From positions 31,372,001-31,436,000 of the forward strand of contig CM060732.1 of assembly GCA_030704615.1 (NCBI GenBank): a stretch of 64,000 bases of DNA, written 5' to 3'. Positions within the stretch are counted from its first letter, which is position 1, and every line of letters starts with the position of its first letter. A program made the position numbers and the translations under genes. Of the stretch, positions 40,571 to 51,774 are shown piece by piece. The notes beneath the pieces were generated by a model. It did not search any database. It was not told the DNA's origin and was given only the letters and a program-made list of their open reading frames with translations. Source of the stretch: Takakia lepidozioides (lineage: Eukaryota > Plantae > Bryophyta).

Positions 40571-41596
40571 CCATGGGAGATGTGAGCGTAGACCTTCATA
40601 TCCATCTGGTTTTTCTAAAATAGAAAAACCAGCGATGAAGACTACAAAGAGAAGGGAGAGTTTTTATGAGAATGGGTCTGGTATGCACTCCCTTACGGGG
40701 TGAGTGCATACCACACTCATCCCATAAGGGAATGCCATACCAGGGGCTGGCTGGTGGGATCCCTCTCTCTCTCCCTCTGTACATGGATCCTGTTGGTAAC
40801 CTATTCCATAACCCAGAGGGTTTGGTACTAAGGTAATTTTTTACTAAACTATAATTAATTTTCTGCTATCTTCATCCATACCGGATATAGTTAATAATGG
40901 ATGAATTCCATTAAATGTTAATTATGGTTATCATTTTTTACCTGGTTCCTTTGGATTATTAAGGTCATTTATATCTAACCCTAATGAATGCCAGGTTCTG
41001 GTCATCGATTTTAGGATGTCATCCCTGCTGGATGACATGGCGATGACAACAGGGGAATATTCACCTTTCATTCCTTATTTTTCATCCCACATGGATGAAA
41101 TCGCAATGGTTTGCCATATTTCCTCTCCTGCCATAAAACTTGCACGATACTGTGCGTTTTTTCTACGGGAGATGAAGTGATGGTGTCAGAGGGATCTCTT
41201 AGCACGAATTTTATGATTTTGATGGCTATGGAGACGCTTCAATGCTGTTTACAAGTACTCTGGCAAGATTCCAGTCCTTTCTCATCTCCCTTGGGAGGCG
41301 TAACGACGGCGGTGCTTCAATTCCCTCAGTATGGTGACCTATTCCCTTGGTGGGCAATCTACCTTAGGCTGCCCGACTGCTTGTAGATCCTCTCTGGATC
41401 ATTAAGTTTCAGCACTGCTCATAAAAACTTAGGGGGTTTCTTCACCTGTTAAAATGCGCATAGATTTCAAGCAAACCATTGCTTGTTTGTGCTGTTGATT
41501 GTCAAGTGCTTGGAGCGATGTCGAGTCCTCTTCCGCAATCGATTAAGGTTGTGGATAACCTTGCTTGTGTTTAGAACTGATTCTTGCTTTAGAACT

Positions 41597-43002
41597 CATG
41601 TTGTACAGCGATAACAAGCGTGAGACCCGATTCACCTAGGGTTCCACAATTCTCACTAACCTGTTGGTTCTTGTGGGGGCTTGTGATGGGACCAGGTGAG
41701 GGTCCTCACTTAATGTGATTTTTGAAGCTTGAATCTGATGACAAACCTGCAAGTGAAGTGACATCGACATCAGCTGATTATCCAAGGAGATGTCTCATTT
41801 TTGCCTCACTACATGACCAATCTGGATATGCTTACAATCTTTATCTATGTGTTGAAGCAGCAAGTGCATTAGCGAGCCTTTTTAGAACACATGAATTCTA
41901 TTAAGGACTCTGGGTTATGATTTCCGCTGCATTGAAATATGGTACTGGAAGTAGGGTTTCCAGACCAAATGTATGCTCTTTTTTCATGCTTAGAGCACGA
42001 TTTGCTACTCTGATATGTACACTTTCAAGCAACACGGTAGGGGAGAGGCCAGAGCTTGCATATGGTTTATACTGAGCCCTGTATGCCTTTATGTGCTCAA
42101 TATATGGAACCTCTGTGGATGTCTGAACCCCCTTTCCTTTTTACCTTGCATACAATCTGCTAAGGTAAGTAACCTGCTACCTCTTCATGTCACTCTGTAA
42201 TTACAGATTGTATACAGTTGTGTTTGTGCAAACACCTTGTCAAGGTTGTAACATAATGACCCCAAACCTAAACCAGGTCTGGTTGTTTTAAAGAGAAGCC
42301 CCTGCTGTTGCTTGGTAATCAAAGACTGATTAACCTACAACATGGCTCTGGATTTTATGTTACAAAAAAGATAGCTGTGTGTTTTTTGCTAGCTATGGCA
42401 TATTCTGATACAAAACACTGCAGTAGAAAGCAGTTCTGGGAAATCAAGCTTACTAAACAATGCAATGAGTTTTGACTCTGTGTCATGATTACAAAAAGTT
42501 CTAAAAATGTAGCAGATAAGCTCTGGGTTTTTGTTATTAAAAAGCTGGTTATCTTATCAAGTAACCAGATGATTTAATATCCCGGTTGTGTGATTAATGG
42601 AAAATAGCTGGAACTTTTGGGTTCCAGATGAGCAGTACTATTGCATGATATAGGTAAACATTTAATTGTTTGCTTAGATGCCACCCATAGCTTATAATTC
42701 TAAAACAGGCATAAGAACAGGCTGAACACTTGTTTAGCATACTGTTCCTTAGAATATAAAGCTGGATTATTATAAGGAGGGGATCTTCTAAGTAATCCCA
42801 CCCTCCCACCCGTATTTTCTTGTCATTGAAATCTACAAGGTAGATTCTTTGTCTTTGAAATGTAATGGAGGTCATCATAAGATCTGATTTGAAGTAGAGT
42901 TTGACTGATAATGCCTCTTCATGAGGTTGATTTGTCGTAAAAATTGACAATGACCATGTTTGGTCCTGTCCATGTCCCGACAAGACATAGTATCTTCCCT
43001 CT
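41597..43002 (+). repeat. Downstream pseudo-LTR-like direct repeat
   Basis: Matches 28379-29749. Confidence 0.95.
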
Positions 43003-43073
43003 ATTTTTTGCTGTTCACAAAAGTAAACAAACCACAAGGGAGAGAGGGTGCAGAAAAAGTTAAAAGATAGTAC

Positions 43074-44267
43074 TCATAAGACGTTGTTTGTCGTAGCCTT
43101 GTGGCCATTGACCCCGCGCCCAGGTTGAGCGGAAAGAAAAGGGACAGAACCTGCCTCTGTCAAGGGCTGACGTTGGTAGTAAGACTTACCTTCATATATA
43201 GAATTAATCTGGGTTTTCCAGATATCCTCTAGAAATCCCTTCACACAAGCATCAAACTGTTGTGTGTGATTTGCCCAATAACTAGGCCTCAGGAGGGCCT
43301 GGGCTTTTGGCTCAGCCTTGAGACTTTCAAAGTTGGAAAACAGAGGTATAGTCACAATTCCCTTGATAGATTTGAAGAGAGCGTCTCTTTGGTGAGAGAA
43401 CCCCGGAGAGTGTATCAGAAAAATGTGTACTGTCTTCAGATTGCCCACACAACGGACAATTGCACTCTCCCTTTCCTCTCTGCTTCAGTTTCATGTTCAA
43501 ATGTAGGCTTCCTGCCCTGAGTTTAAATTTCAGTCTAGTGTCGAGAGTGGGTAGACCCTCTTACTACCAACGTCAGCCCCTGACAGAGGTAGGATCTGTC
43601 CCTTTTGTTTCCCCAAGAGAGGGGGCAACAAAGAAAAACAGAGAATGTGGGGGGGGGGGGGAGTGACTGAGCAGCAGCAGCTGCTGCTCAGTCACTCCCC
43701 CCCCCCCCACCTTCTTTTCTTTTCTTTGTTGCCCCCTTTTGTCTCCCTCTCACTCCCTCTCTCTGTCCCTCTTTGTCCCTCTCTCCCTCTCCCTCTCTCT
43801 CCCTCTCTTCTGTGATGCTCTCTTTTAAGCTCCCGACACCCTAAATTCAAGGTCAGATGGTGGGTTCAGCTGCAACATATGTCCAACACCAGATATCCTA
43901 AGTTAATCGACTCTATATCTTGGAAACAGGACCGCCCTGTCAAACAGGTTGAGCCCTTGGAGAAGAGAGTAAAAGAGATTCTCAAGGATCTGAATCTGGA
44001 CCCGCAAGTCTTGACCTTGCTGGATAAACCTGACTTAGAGAGTGTAGTGTCCAAAGCCATGTCTGTTACCAGAAAATTGTCCGATGAAAATGAAGTTAGG
44101 AAGAAAACTTCCCTGAACCTATTTCCAGTCTCTAACATGAGGGAGGACATCATGGATGCGCTCAAGGGTCTATCCCACTCTTGGCACCAGACCTAAATTT
44201 AAAGTCAGGGCAGGAAGACTACCTTTGAACAATAAACAGCAGCAGAGAGGAAAGGGAGAGTGAAATT
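43074..44267. pseudogene. Non-LTR (LINE) post-RT thumb/zinc-finger fragments in opposite orientations
   Basis: Plus strand 43843-44267: KVRWWVQLQHMSNTRYPK...KGL/KFKVRAGRLPLN. Minus strand 43560-43190: KFKLRAGSLHLN..CPLCGQSEDSTHF/LIHSPGFSHQR..FLEDIWK. 43458-43560 is the diverged reverse complement of 44165-44267. Confidence 0.6.
43620..43737. repeat. Strong palindrome/hairpin
   Basis: GGGGGCAACAAAGAAAA..GTG(G)nAGTGACTGAGCAGCAG-CAG-CTGCTGCTCAGTCACT(C)nCAC..TTTTCTTTGTTGCCCCC. Confidence 0.92.
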
Positions 44268-44910
44268 TCCCTGACGTACCTCTGCTGCTGCTAGTGCTTG
44301 AAGCGAGCTGGCGCGGCGAGCTACTGCGGTGCTGTCGCGGCTGCCAGCGGCGCGGGTCCCCGCCGCTGCAGGGCATATCTCCCCCGCTCACCACAGCTCT
44401 CTCTCTCTTCAGCTCGTTAGGTTGCGCCTCTGCGCGACATTCCTACCACACATGGGAGAGAGACATCAGCCCGTGCTTAGGGCAAGAAAAAAAGACAGAA
44501 AGTGAGGGAGGAGGCGGTGCTTACCTTGGGCGTTGGAGCGGCGTTGGGGCAAACTCCTTGGGGCCTTGCGACCACCTCGGGCTCAGCAGCAGGTGCGTTT
44601 CTCCTCCACCCTAAACCCCACTCTCTGAACTACCTCTCTCCCAAAGAACAAACGAAAAATGGAGGGGAAAGAGATGCTTCAAGCACTTAGGGGAAGAAAA
44701 AAAAAGCGCGGCGCCCACGTGCGACGCCCGGCCGTCACACGCCTGCGCCCGCCCTTTTTTTGAAATGTAAAAGTGAATTTTGCAACGGCTGGGCGTCGTT
44801 TCTTGCGACCCCCGGCCATAGAAATAAAATAAAACGCGTCGCCCCCCGCAACGGCTGTCCGTCGCGGGGTGCGACCCCCACGTAAAAAAACAAAAAAAAC
44901 TCGTCGTCCA

Positions 44911-46216
44911 ATGCAACGCCAGGGTGTCGCAAGAGGCGACAGCTGGCCTTTGACCCCCCCCCCGACAGGATTGAGTGTTGGTGCACTAAGTGTTGGGAAC
45001 GGATACCACCGGGCGGCACCAGACCACCGAGGCGGCGACCGCATGTTGTCGAAAAACATTACAAGAAGAACAAGATTGCGGATGCGGCAAAGGTGAGTGC
45101 TTTTCCCACCCCTCTCATTAACATTCATTCAAGGTACATTTAGGTTTATCTAATAATATAGTATGATTGGTAAGCATACATGAATCAAAATTATGACATA
45201 AGTATTGATGCGTTGTTCACTATGCACATTGCAGCCACGACTTGATGCCCAAGCTCGCAATCACATTGCACATGAGGCATTTCGCGCTGGTCTACTTGCA
45301 GAATTTGTGCCAGAGCATGTGCCCGATGTGACCAGTTGGTTCCCCCAGCAGCACGTAGATGAGATGCGTAGGGTCGAGGGGTATCGTAGGTGTCGTAGGC
45401 GTTATGGCCGGTGACAAGCAGGCCCACCCCCCCCCCCCCCCCCCTCCAGTTTCCTCAGGCGGTCCCCCTGATTGTGGCCTCCCCCCCCCATCTGTTTCTT
45501 TGTCTGATCCACCTCCGGTTGTACCTGATCCGGACGTTGTACCCTCGGCTGCACCTCCGACATTACATCCTCAACCACCTCCACTTTCATCTCCTCTGCC
45601 AGCAGTACCACCTCCACCTCCACCTCCACGTGCATGTGCCCCCCGAACCCCTAGGAGGGGTCGGCGTTCTCCTAGGATTACCAAAAGAACTATTGACCAG
45701 CCCAACAACATTGCCAAAGATGTCGGGGTCACCATCACAAAATCTGATCTCAATGGGAGACAACCCCCGTCTACGTACATCCTGTCCGTTGACACACAAA
45801 ATGTAGGGTAGGATGTATGGGGCTTCGAGGTGTAATGTACGGAACTCCGCGGAGGTGTAGTATGGACCGTAGTAGGGAAACAAGTCCACCGTGCTATTTC
45901 TCCGAGGAGGAACCACAATATCATTGACCGTGAATAAACCCCGACCCATAGCAGGGTCTGTAGCGGCTCTCACAACTAACCATCTCCCCCAATACTCGAA
46001 CTCCACATTTTCTCGGATGGGGGTGGGAGGGTCAAGATGATTCCCCCAACAACGATGGGACAGCGAAGCGATGGGCATGAGAGCTTTTGTGGTCATACGT
46101 CAGTATACTGTGAGGGGATGCACATGTTTGTGATGACATGTGCTAGTATGACTATTAGGGCTGGCAGCGAACTATTTGCATCATACGAGTTCTCCCGGGA
46201 TGATTGGGACCTCTGA
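44911..46216 (+). pseudogene. CACTA-borne gene: CxCxxC..H exon, Pro-rich linker and SET-like domain with an internal inversion (45668-46096)
   Basis: Exon RIECWCTKC..VEKHYKK|GTGAG. Inverted piece reads MGRGLFT.NDI..LFPYYGP..DGDP..GNVVGLVNSS on -. SET C-terminal TIRAGSELFASY is on + at 46151-46186. Confidence 0.75.
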
Positions 46217-47273
46217 TTACAGCGTGAGTGGGATGTGTATGATAGAAATAGGGTTCCTTTGAGACAGGGATCGCGTAGAGGGGCATTGTAGATATTCTCA
46301 TGATGTACTTTGTATACCTCCGATTAATCGATTGATGTAAATTTTTTTCTTGTTGCTCGTGTGGGTTGCAACTTTGCATATGTGATCTAAACATACTTAT
46401 GCACATGTGGACCAAATATGAGCTTGAACCAAGTTGATTCAATGGGTCATTCTAGTGTTGATCGCAGCTACGTGTAAATTGTGTTTCGCCTGCAGATGAT
46501 TTTTTTTTATTCCATTTTCAAGCCATATGCTTAATGATAGCATATGCAATGTGTGTGCAAAATTTGGGAGTAAACAAAAGTCATTTGGACCCATAACCAG
46601 ATTTTGTTCTCTCATTTGCACTCGAAAGTTGAGTTATCTTCAACTTCATGCACTCTTCATAGAGAGTTTTGCAAAAGTGACCCTAGAAACACACTTATTT
46701 TTTTTCCATTTTTTTTTGTCCCATTTTTTGCATGGATGTAGTGGTGCAAAGCCCGATGTCACAGAACAAAATAGAGCTAAAAATAAAATCATTATGCCCC
46801 TCAAAACCGCAATCATATATTTTCTAAATGCAAATATTTATTTTAAATTCGATTTAATTCAAAATTGGTGCAAGGGTGAGTGCGTCGTTGGGGAGGCATT
46901 TTATTATTATTATTATTTTTTGGCCTGTTGGATCTTTGTACAGGTGTTGCACACATATTTAAGCACATGTAGGAAAAAATGAAGCTGAGCCACATCCGTT
47001 TGTTGGGTGCAATGGCATGAGAGGATTTTTTTTCACATTAGTAAATAAAAATTGGTTGATAGGGTAAATGCGTCATGGGGGGGGGGCAAATGATTTTTGT
47101 TTCAGTTTGAAACTTTGCATGCGTGTACGTTGCACACATACATGTAATTATTGAATGACATATTTGATGCACACACACATTGAAGGTTGTTGTTTGCATT
47201 TCGCTTATAATGAAGTGTATGGTTGCAAGGACACATTATAATATATGTCCATATGTTTATTTGTTCATATCAG

Positions 47274-50200
47274 GACTTTGTCCATTCCTTCCCGGTCTTT
47301 TCTCTTGGCATCCCATCCGAAAACAACCCAAGTACATCAGGCGGGAGCCTTGGGCGAGACGCCGCCCCCACGGTACTGAACGATGATGACGATGACAGTG
47401 ATAGTGACATTGACAACAACAATGAGCATGGAATTAACCAGGAGGATATGCAAGCCATGTAGGATCTCTTAATGCATCATGTGGGCGCTGATGTGTCCCA
47501 TGAAGAGGGAACCCGGGCAATCGATGATCCTGAAATGGCCCCCTCAAATGACATGGAGAGGGAGGCGAGAACTCCCTGGTACGAAGGGGCGAAAGTGAGT
47601 CGACTTTCAACAATCTTATTTTTGCTCAATCTTCAAATTCGATTTGACATAAGTAATGTTGGGATGTCTGCCATAATGCGAACTATTGCAGACTATATCC
47701 TTGCTCCACACTTGAAACCCAAGATGCCACGGTCGCGGAAAGAGGCGTGCGAAGTCTTGGACTATGTGGGGATGGGCTATAAGAATTTGCATGCATGTCC
47801 ATGTGATAAAACCCTATACTACGGAGATGATTCGCATCTCACCAAGTGCCCAAAGTGCAAGAAAGACCGATATTGGGATGATGTCCAAGGGAAAAAAGTA
47901 CCACGCAAGGTATAAGCACCATTCCCCCTCGCATGAAGATTATTAGAGAGTAGTACTCATGCAAGATCTGATTGTGGTTTTGGAAGGAGTGAGTGAGGAG
48001 TGGAAGGAGCGACGTTTGGTTTTGACCATTCACACCCAAATGAGGGAGAGGTTGCATAAAGGGAAAGGCATAAAGGTGTTGTATTGTGTGTGCTAATGGG
48101 ATGATTACATGTGGGGGGCGTGGGGTATTTCATCCTAGAAAATGCATTACTTTCCGATCATCCCGCGATTGAGGGCACAGTACCGAAGCCCCGAATTGGC
48201 CAGACTCATGAGATGGCACGCCTCGCATCGGAGCCCCCCGGGAAAGGTGTGCGGGCCACAAGATTCACAAGCATGGAGGCATATTGAAGAGATGTGGCCT
48301 TTTCTCTTGGAGGACCCACGACATGTCCACCTCGGCTTTTCCTCGGATGAGGTCAACCCATTCTCTGTCCAGTCATGTAGTCATTCCACTTGGCCGGTGA
48401 CCATGTTGAATTACAACATCCCTCCGTATCTTTCAATTAAAAAAGGCCATATCATATTGGCTGCCATTGTGCCAGGTGAGTGTACTTATTTCATGTTTAT
48501 TATTGCCTTCGACTTTACATTAAACTTCTGATCTTTGACGCAATTTGGATGCAAGATTGATGAGTGACATAATCATGGAGTAAGACGTGTAATTCATTTT
48601 GTAGTATAATCTGCATATTGGTGGAGCATTGAAACAATGATGTGAATGTCTCAAAGGGAAAAAACAAGTGGCAAACATGGACATGTACTTGCGACCTCTT
48701 GTTGATGAACTTAAAGAGCTATGGAGGGGGGTCCCGGCATTGGATGCTTCACTTGACCCTATGGCCGGACAATCTTTTCAGATGAGAGACATCTTGCTTT
48801 GGACAATGTATGATTATCCAGGTATATTATGTTCCCCATGAACAACCCGCGTACATTCACTTGTCAATGCTGGATGAGGATGAGGATTGGAATTGATTGA
48901 AGTAGCGGCGACAGTCTTGTGCACCGTAGTGGGGTAGATGGCATTATGGGCCATGCACATGACAACTTTTTGTTTTTGCTAATGTGGCGGGATGTGTAGT
49001 ATAGGACTAACTGTTTGCTTGGGGCTAAGCACCAAAGGGTACCATGCATGCTTGCATTGTGACGATGATCTTGATGCACATAGCTCCCGTCATCTTCACA
49101 AGATGGTGTATCCCAACTACCACAAATTTCTTCCTATGAGCCATCGATGGAGAAGAAGAGAGAAACACTTGTTTGATGGTAAAGAGGAAGTACGTTCCCC
49201 CCCCCCCCCCCCTATATCACTGTCCGGGCAGTTTTGGGAGGACCGATGGAAGGAGGCCCATGTGGGCACGGACGGTGAAGTGGACGTGCCCGTCATGAAA
49301 CGACTTTCAATCTTCTACGAGTTGCCATATTGGGCAGTACATATTCCACAAAAACACCGTCAATATTCCTATGCATGCATGTGATATTGCACATTTGGTA
49401 TGCGTTGCATTGTCACTTTTACGTAAATTTTTTTGTGTAAGTCTTTGTGGGTGGGGATATATGTAGGACCTAAAGATTCGCCATCTTCTAGATCCCATGC
49501 ATATTGAGAAGAATGTCTGCTCGTCATTTTTTTGGGTTCTTCATGGCACGCCGACAAAGAAGAGAGTGGCTGCAAAAGGAGATTCTCTCGGTGTTAGAAA
49601 GGAGCTTGAGGAGCAGGGTCGCATGCCCCATCTATGGGCCGAACAAAATGGTGTGGACCCAAAGGGTGTTGTATGGTGGAAGTATAGGCGCGCACCTTGG
49701 CAATAGACAAAGGAGGAATACAAGAAAGTGATAGCCACCATAAGTGCTGTCCGAACACCAACTGGTTATGGGTCATCCCTCCGAACGAAGTTCAGCGAAG
49801 AAGACGGGGTCCATGGTTTGAAGTCTCATGACTACCACAATCTATTGCAAGATATCTTGTCCATTGTAGTACGTGGGACATTGACTCCCGAGGTTCGTGA
49901 GATAATCTATAGTTTGGAAGGTTTGTTCCGGTGGATTTGCTCCAAAGAGTTGGAAGAAGCAGATTTTCCACGCATGAAGAAGGAGGCGGCGGAGGTAATG
50001 TGTATGTTGGAGATGCACCTTTCTCCCTCCTTCTTTGACATCCAAGTGCACTTGGTAGTGCACTTAGTGGAAGAGGCTTCGATTGCCGGCCCCGTTCATT
50101 CTCGGTGGATGTACTTCCTTGAGCGTTATATGAAGACTTTGAAAGGATTTGTAAGACAAATGGCGCACCCGGAGGGTAACATGGCGGAGGGGTATACGTT

Positions 50201-51439
50201 GCAAGAAGCTATGTTCTATTGCACGGAGTACATGGCAAGGGTGGATGAGGAATCCCCTCGGATGTGGAAGGAAGAGGAGGATGCACGAACCAAAGATATT
50301 GTTTTGCCCAAAAAATCGAAGAGGGTAAAATTGCCGACCTTGGTGATTGAGCAAGCGCATGCTTTCATACAGAAGAACACCTCATCCATACATGAGTGGG
50401 AGACAAGATACAATAATCTTGTTCAGCAACGAGAGGAGGAGATGCTTGCATGGAGGCGGAACCATCCAAGGCCGGTTACTAGACGCCCACGACGAGGAGC
50501 GGGCCGCCGGAATGTTCTTTCACAAAATTTGCCCATGGAATTGCAGCCTCTAAGTTCATTCCAATAGTGGCTTCGGACTTCAGTTTATGACGCCGTTGCT
50601 GAAGGAGAGGTGGTTTCAGTTTTGGTGCAAGACATTGCAAGGGGCCCCTCTCAATTCGCGACCTCATACACGGCGGTTTGGGTTCATGGTCGTCATTTCC
50701 GCATTCGTGCTCTTGACATGAAGCGCAAAACAACCTTTGATTCTGGCTTGTGTGCCACATATTGGCAAGACTCCGTGTGGGGCAAGGGAGATACACGACC
50801 TGCTATGAGCAAACTTGAGTACATTGGAGAGCTTGAGAGCATACTCCAACTTCAGTATACAAGGTACCGGCCTCTTCTCTTCAAGGGAAGGTGGTTCCAG
50901 CCACATCTTGTGGGGCCCTCCACAACACTAGTGCAAGATGATTGTGGTTTCATGCGCGTCAATGCAGATAGGCTCAACCCTACTCATCGTCCTTCTGATG
51001 AGCTTTTTTCACGGCCTTCAGACATGGAGCAAGTTTTCTCCTCCGATGACAAAACAAGGGGAGAGAATTGGAAGGTGGTTGTGCATGCTCAGCCAAGAGG
51101 AAGACGTATTATCATGGTCTCGGATCTCCATGGGGTGAGGCAATTCCGGTGGACGGAGAGACTGGTCATAATGATGCTGATGATAGAGGTTGGGTAGAGG
51201 GGGTAGAAGAGGATGATGACGCCCCGGACAGTGCATCCTGGACCCTATATGATGAAGCTCTAGAAGATACGGATGTTGGAGAAGGAGACGAAGACACGGC
51301 CATTGACAACGAGGTGGAGGATGATTCGGAGGTGCCTTTTGAGAGCCGGGCCATTTATGACGATGACTCCGATGACGAAGAAGACTTGCAGCTTGATGAG
51401 GATGAAGAGGCTCCGGATGATGATGTTCAAGTTGATTAG
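47274..51439 (+). pseudogene. CACTA transposase (TnpD/Tnp2; Transposase_21, DUF4218, DUF4216-type regions)
   Basis: Exons ~47274-47909, 48139-48476, 48656-48821, 49005-49336, 49468-51439. Motifs HACP..CPKC, YFPIIPRL, LGFSSDEVNPF, STWPV, YLRPLVDELKELW, YDYPG, RHLLDPMHIEKNV, LKSHDYH, FFDIQVHLVVHL, GPVHSRWMYFLERYMKTLK. In-frame TAG stops at ~47460, 49704 and 50565. Confidence 0.95.
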
Positions 51440-51774
51440 ATACAAAATCAAAGCTATATAACAATTCTCGCACCGAACTGGACCCATCCCTTCGATTGAT
51501 TGTACATGTACATGCATATTGTACTTTATTTCTATGATTCATCAAATATGGCTGTGGCTGGTAGTCTTTTAAGAAAGAAGGCAGAGGCAATGACTATGTT
51601 GGAGCAACACATACAGATGTGGTATCAAGAGAATTATCAAAATGAATGTCACAATCTACAAGAAGGTCCACAACAACAAGCTAAACCATAAAGAAAAACA
51701 AACACCCTACCCCAGTACCATATGAAAAAAAAAAAAAAAAAAAAACCCCAAAGGCCCTAACCCTAAACCTAGAA

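Larger units (their letters stand above)
28379..43002 (+). mobile_element. Penelope-like retroelement (Naiad/Chlamys-type RT) with two ORFs, ~1.4-kb direct repeats and no visible endonuclease; may extend to ~44420
   Basis: Direct repeats 28379-29749 and 41597-43002 flank ORF1 plus a PLE-type RT. No TG..CA ends, PBS, integrase or RNase H seen. Confidence 0.78.

Noticed and set aside
28379-43002. Direct repeats as true LTRs, or a DIRS-type element
   Set aside because: No TG..CA ends, PBS, integrase, RNase H or tyrosine recombinase; RT motifs are PLE-type.
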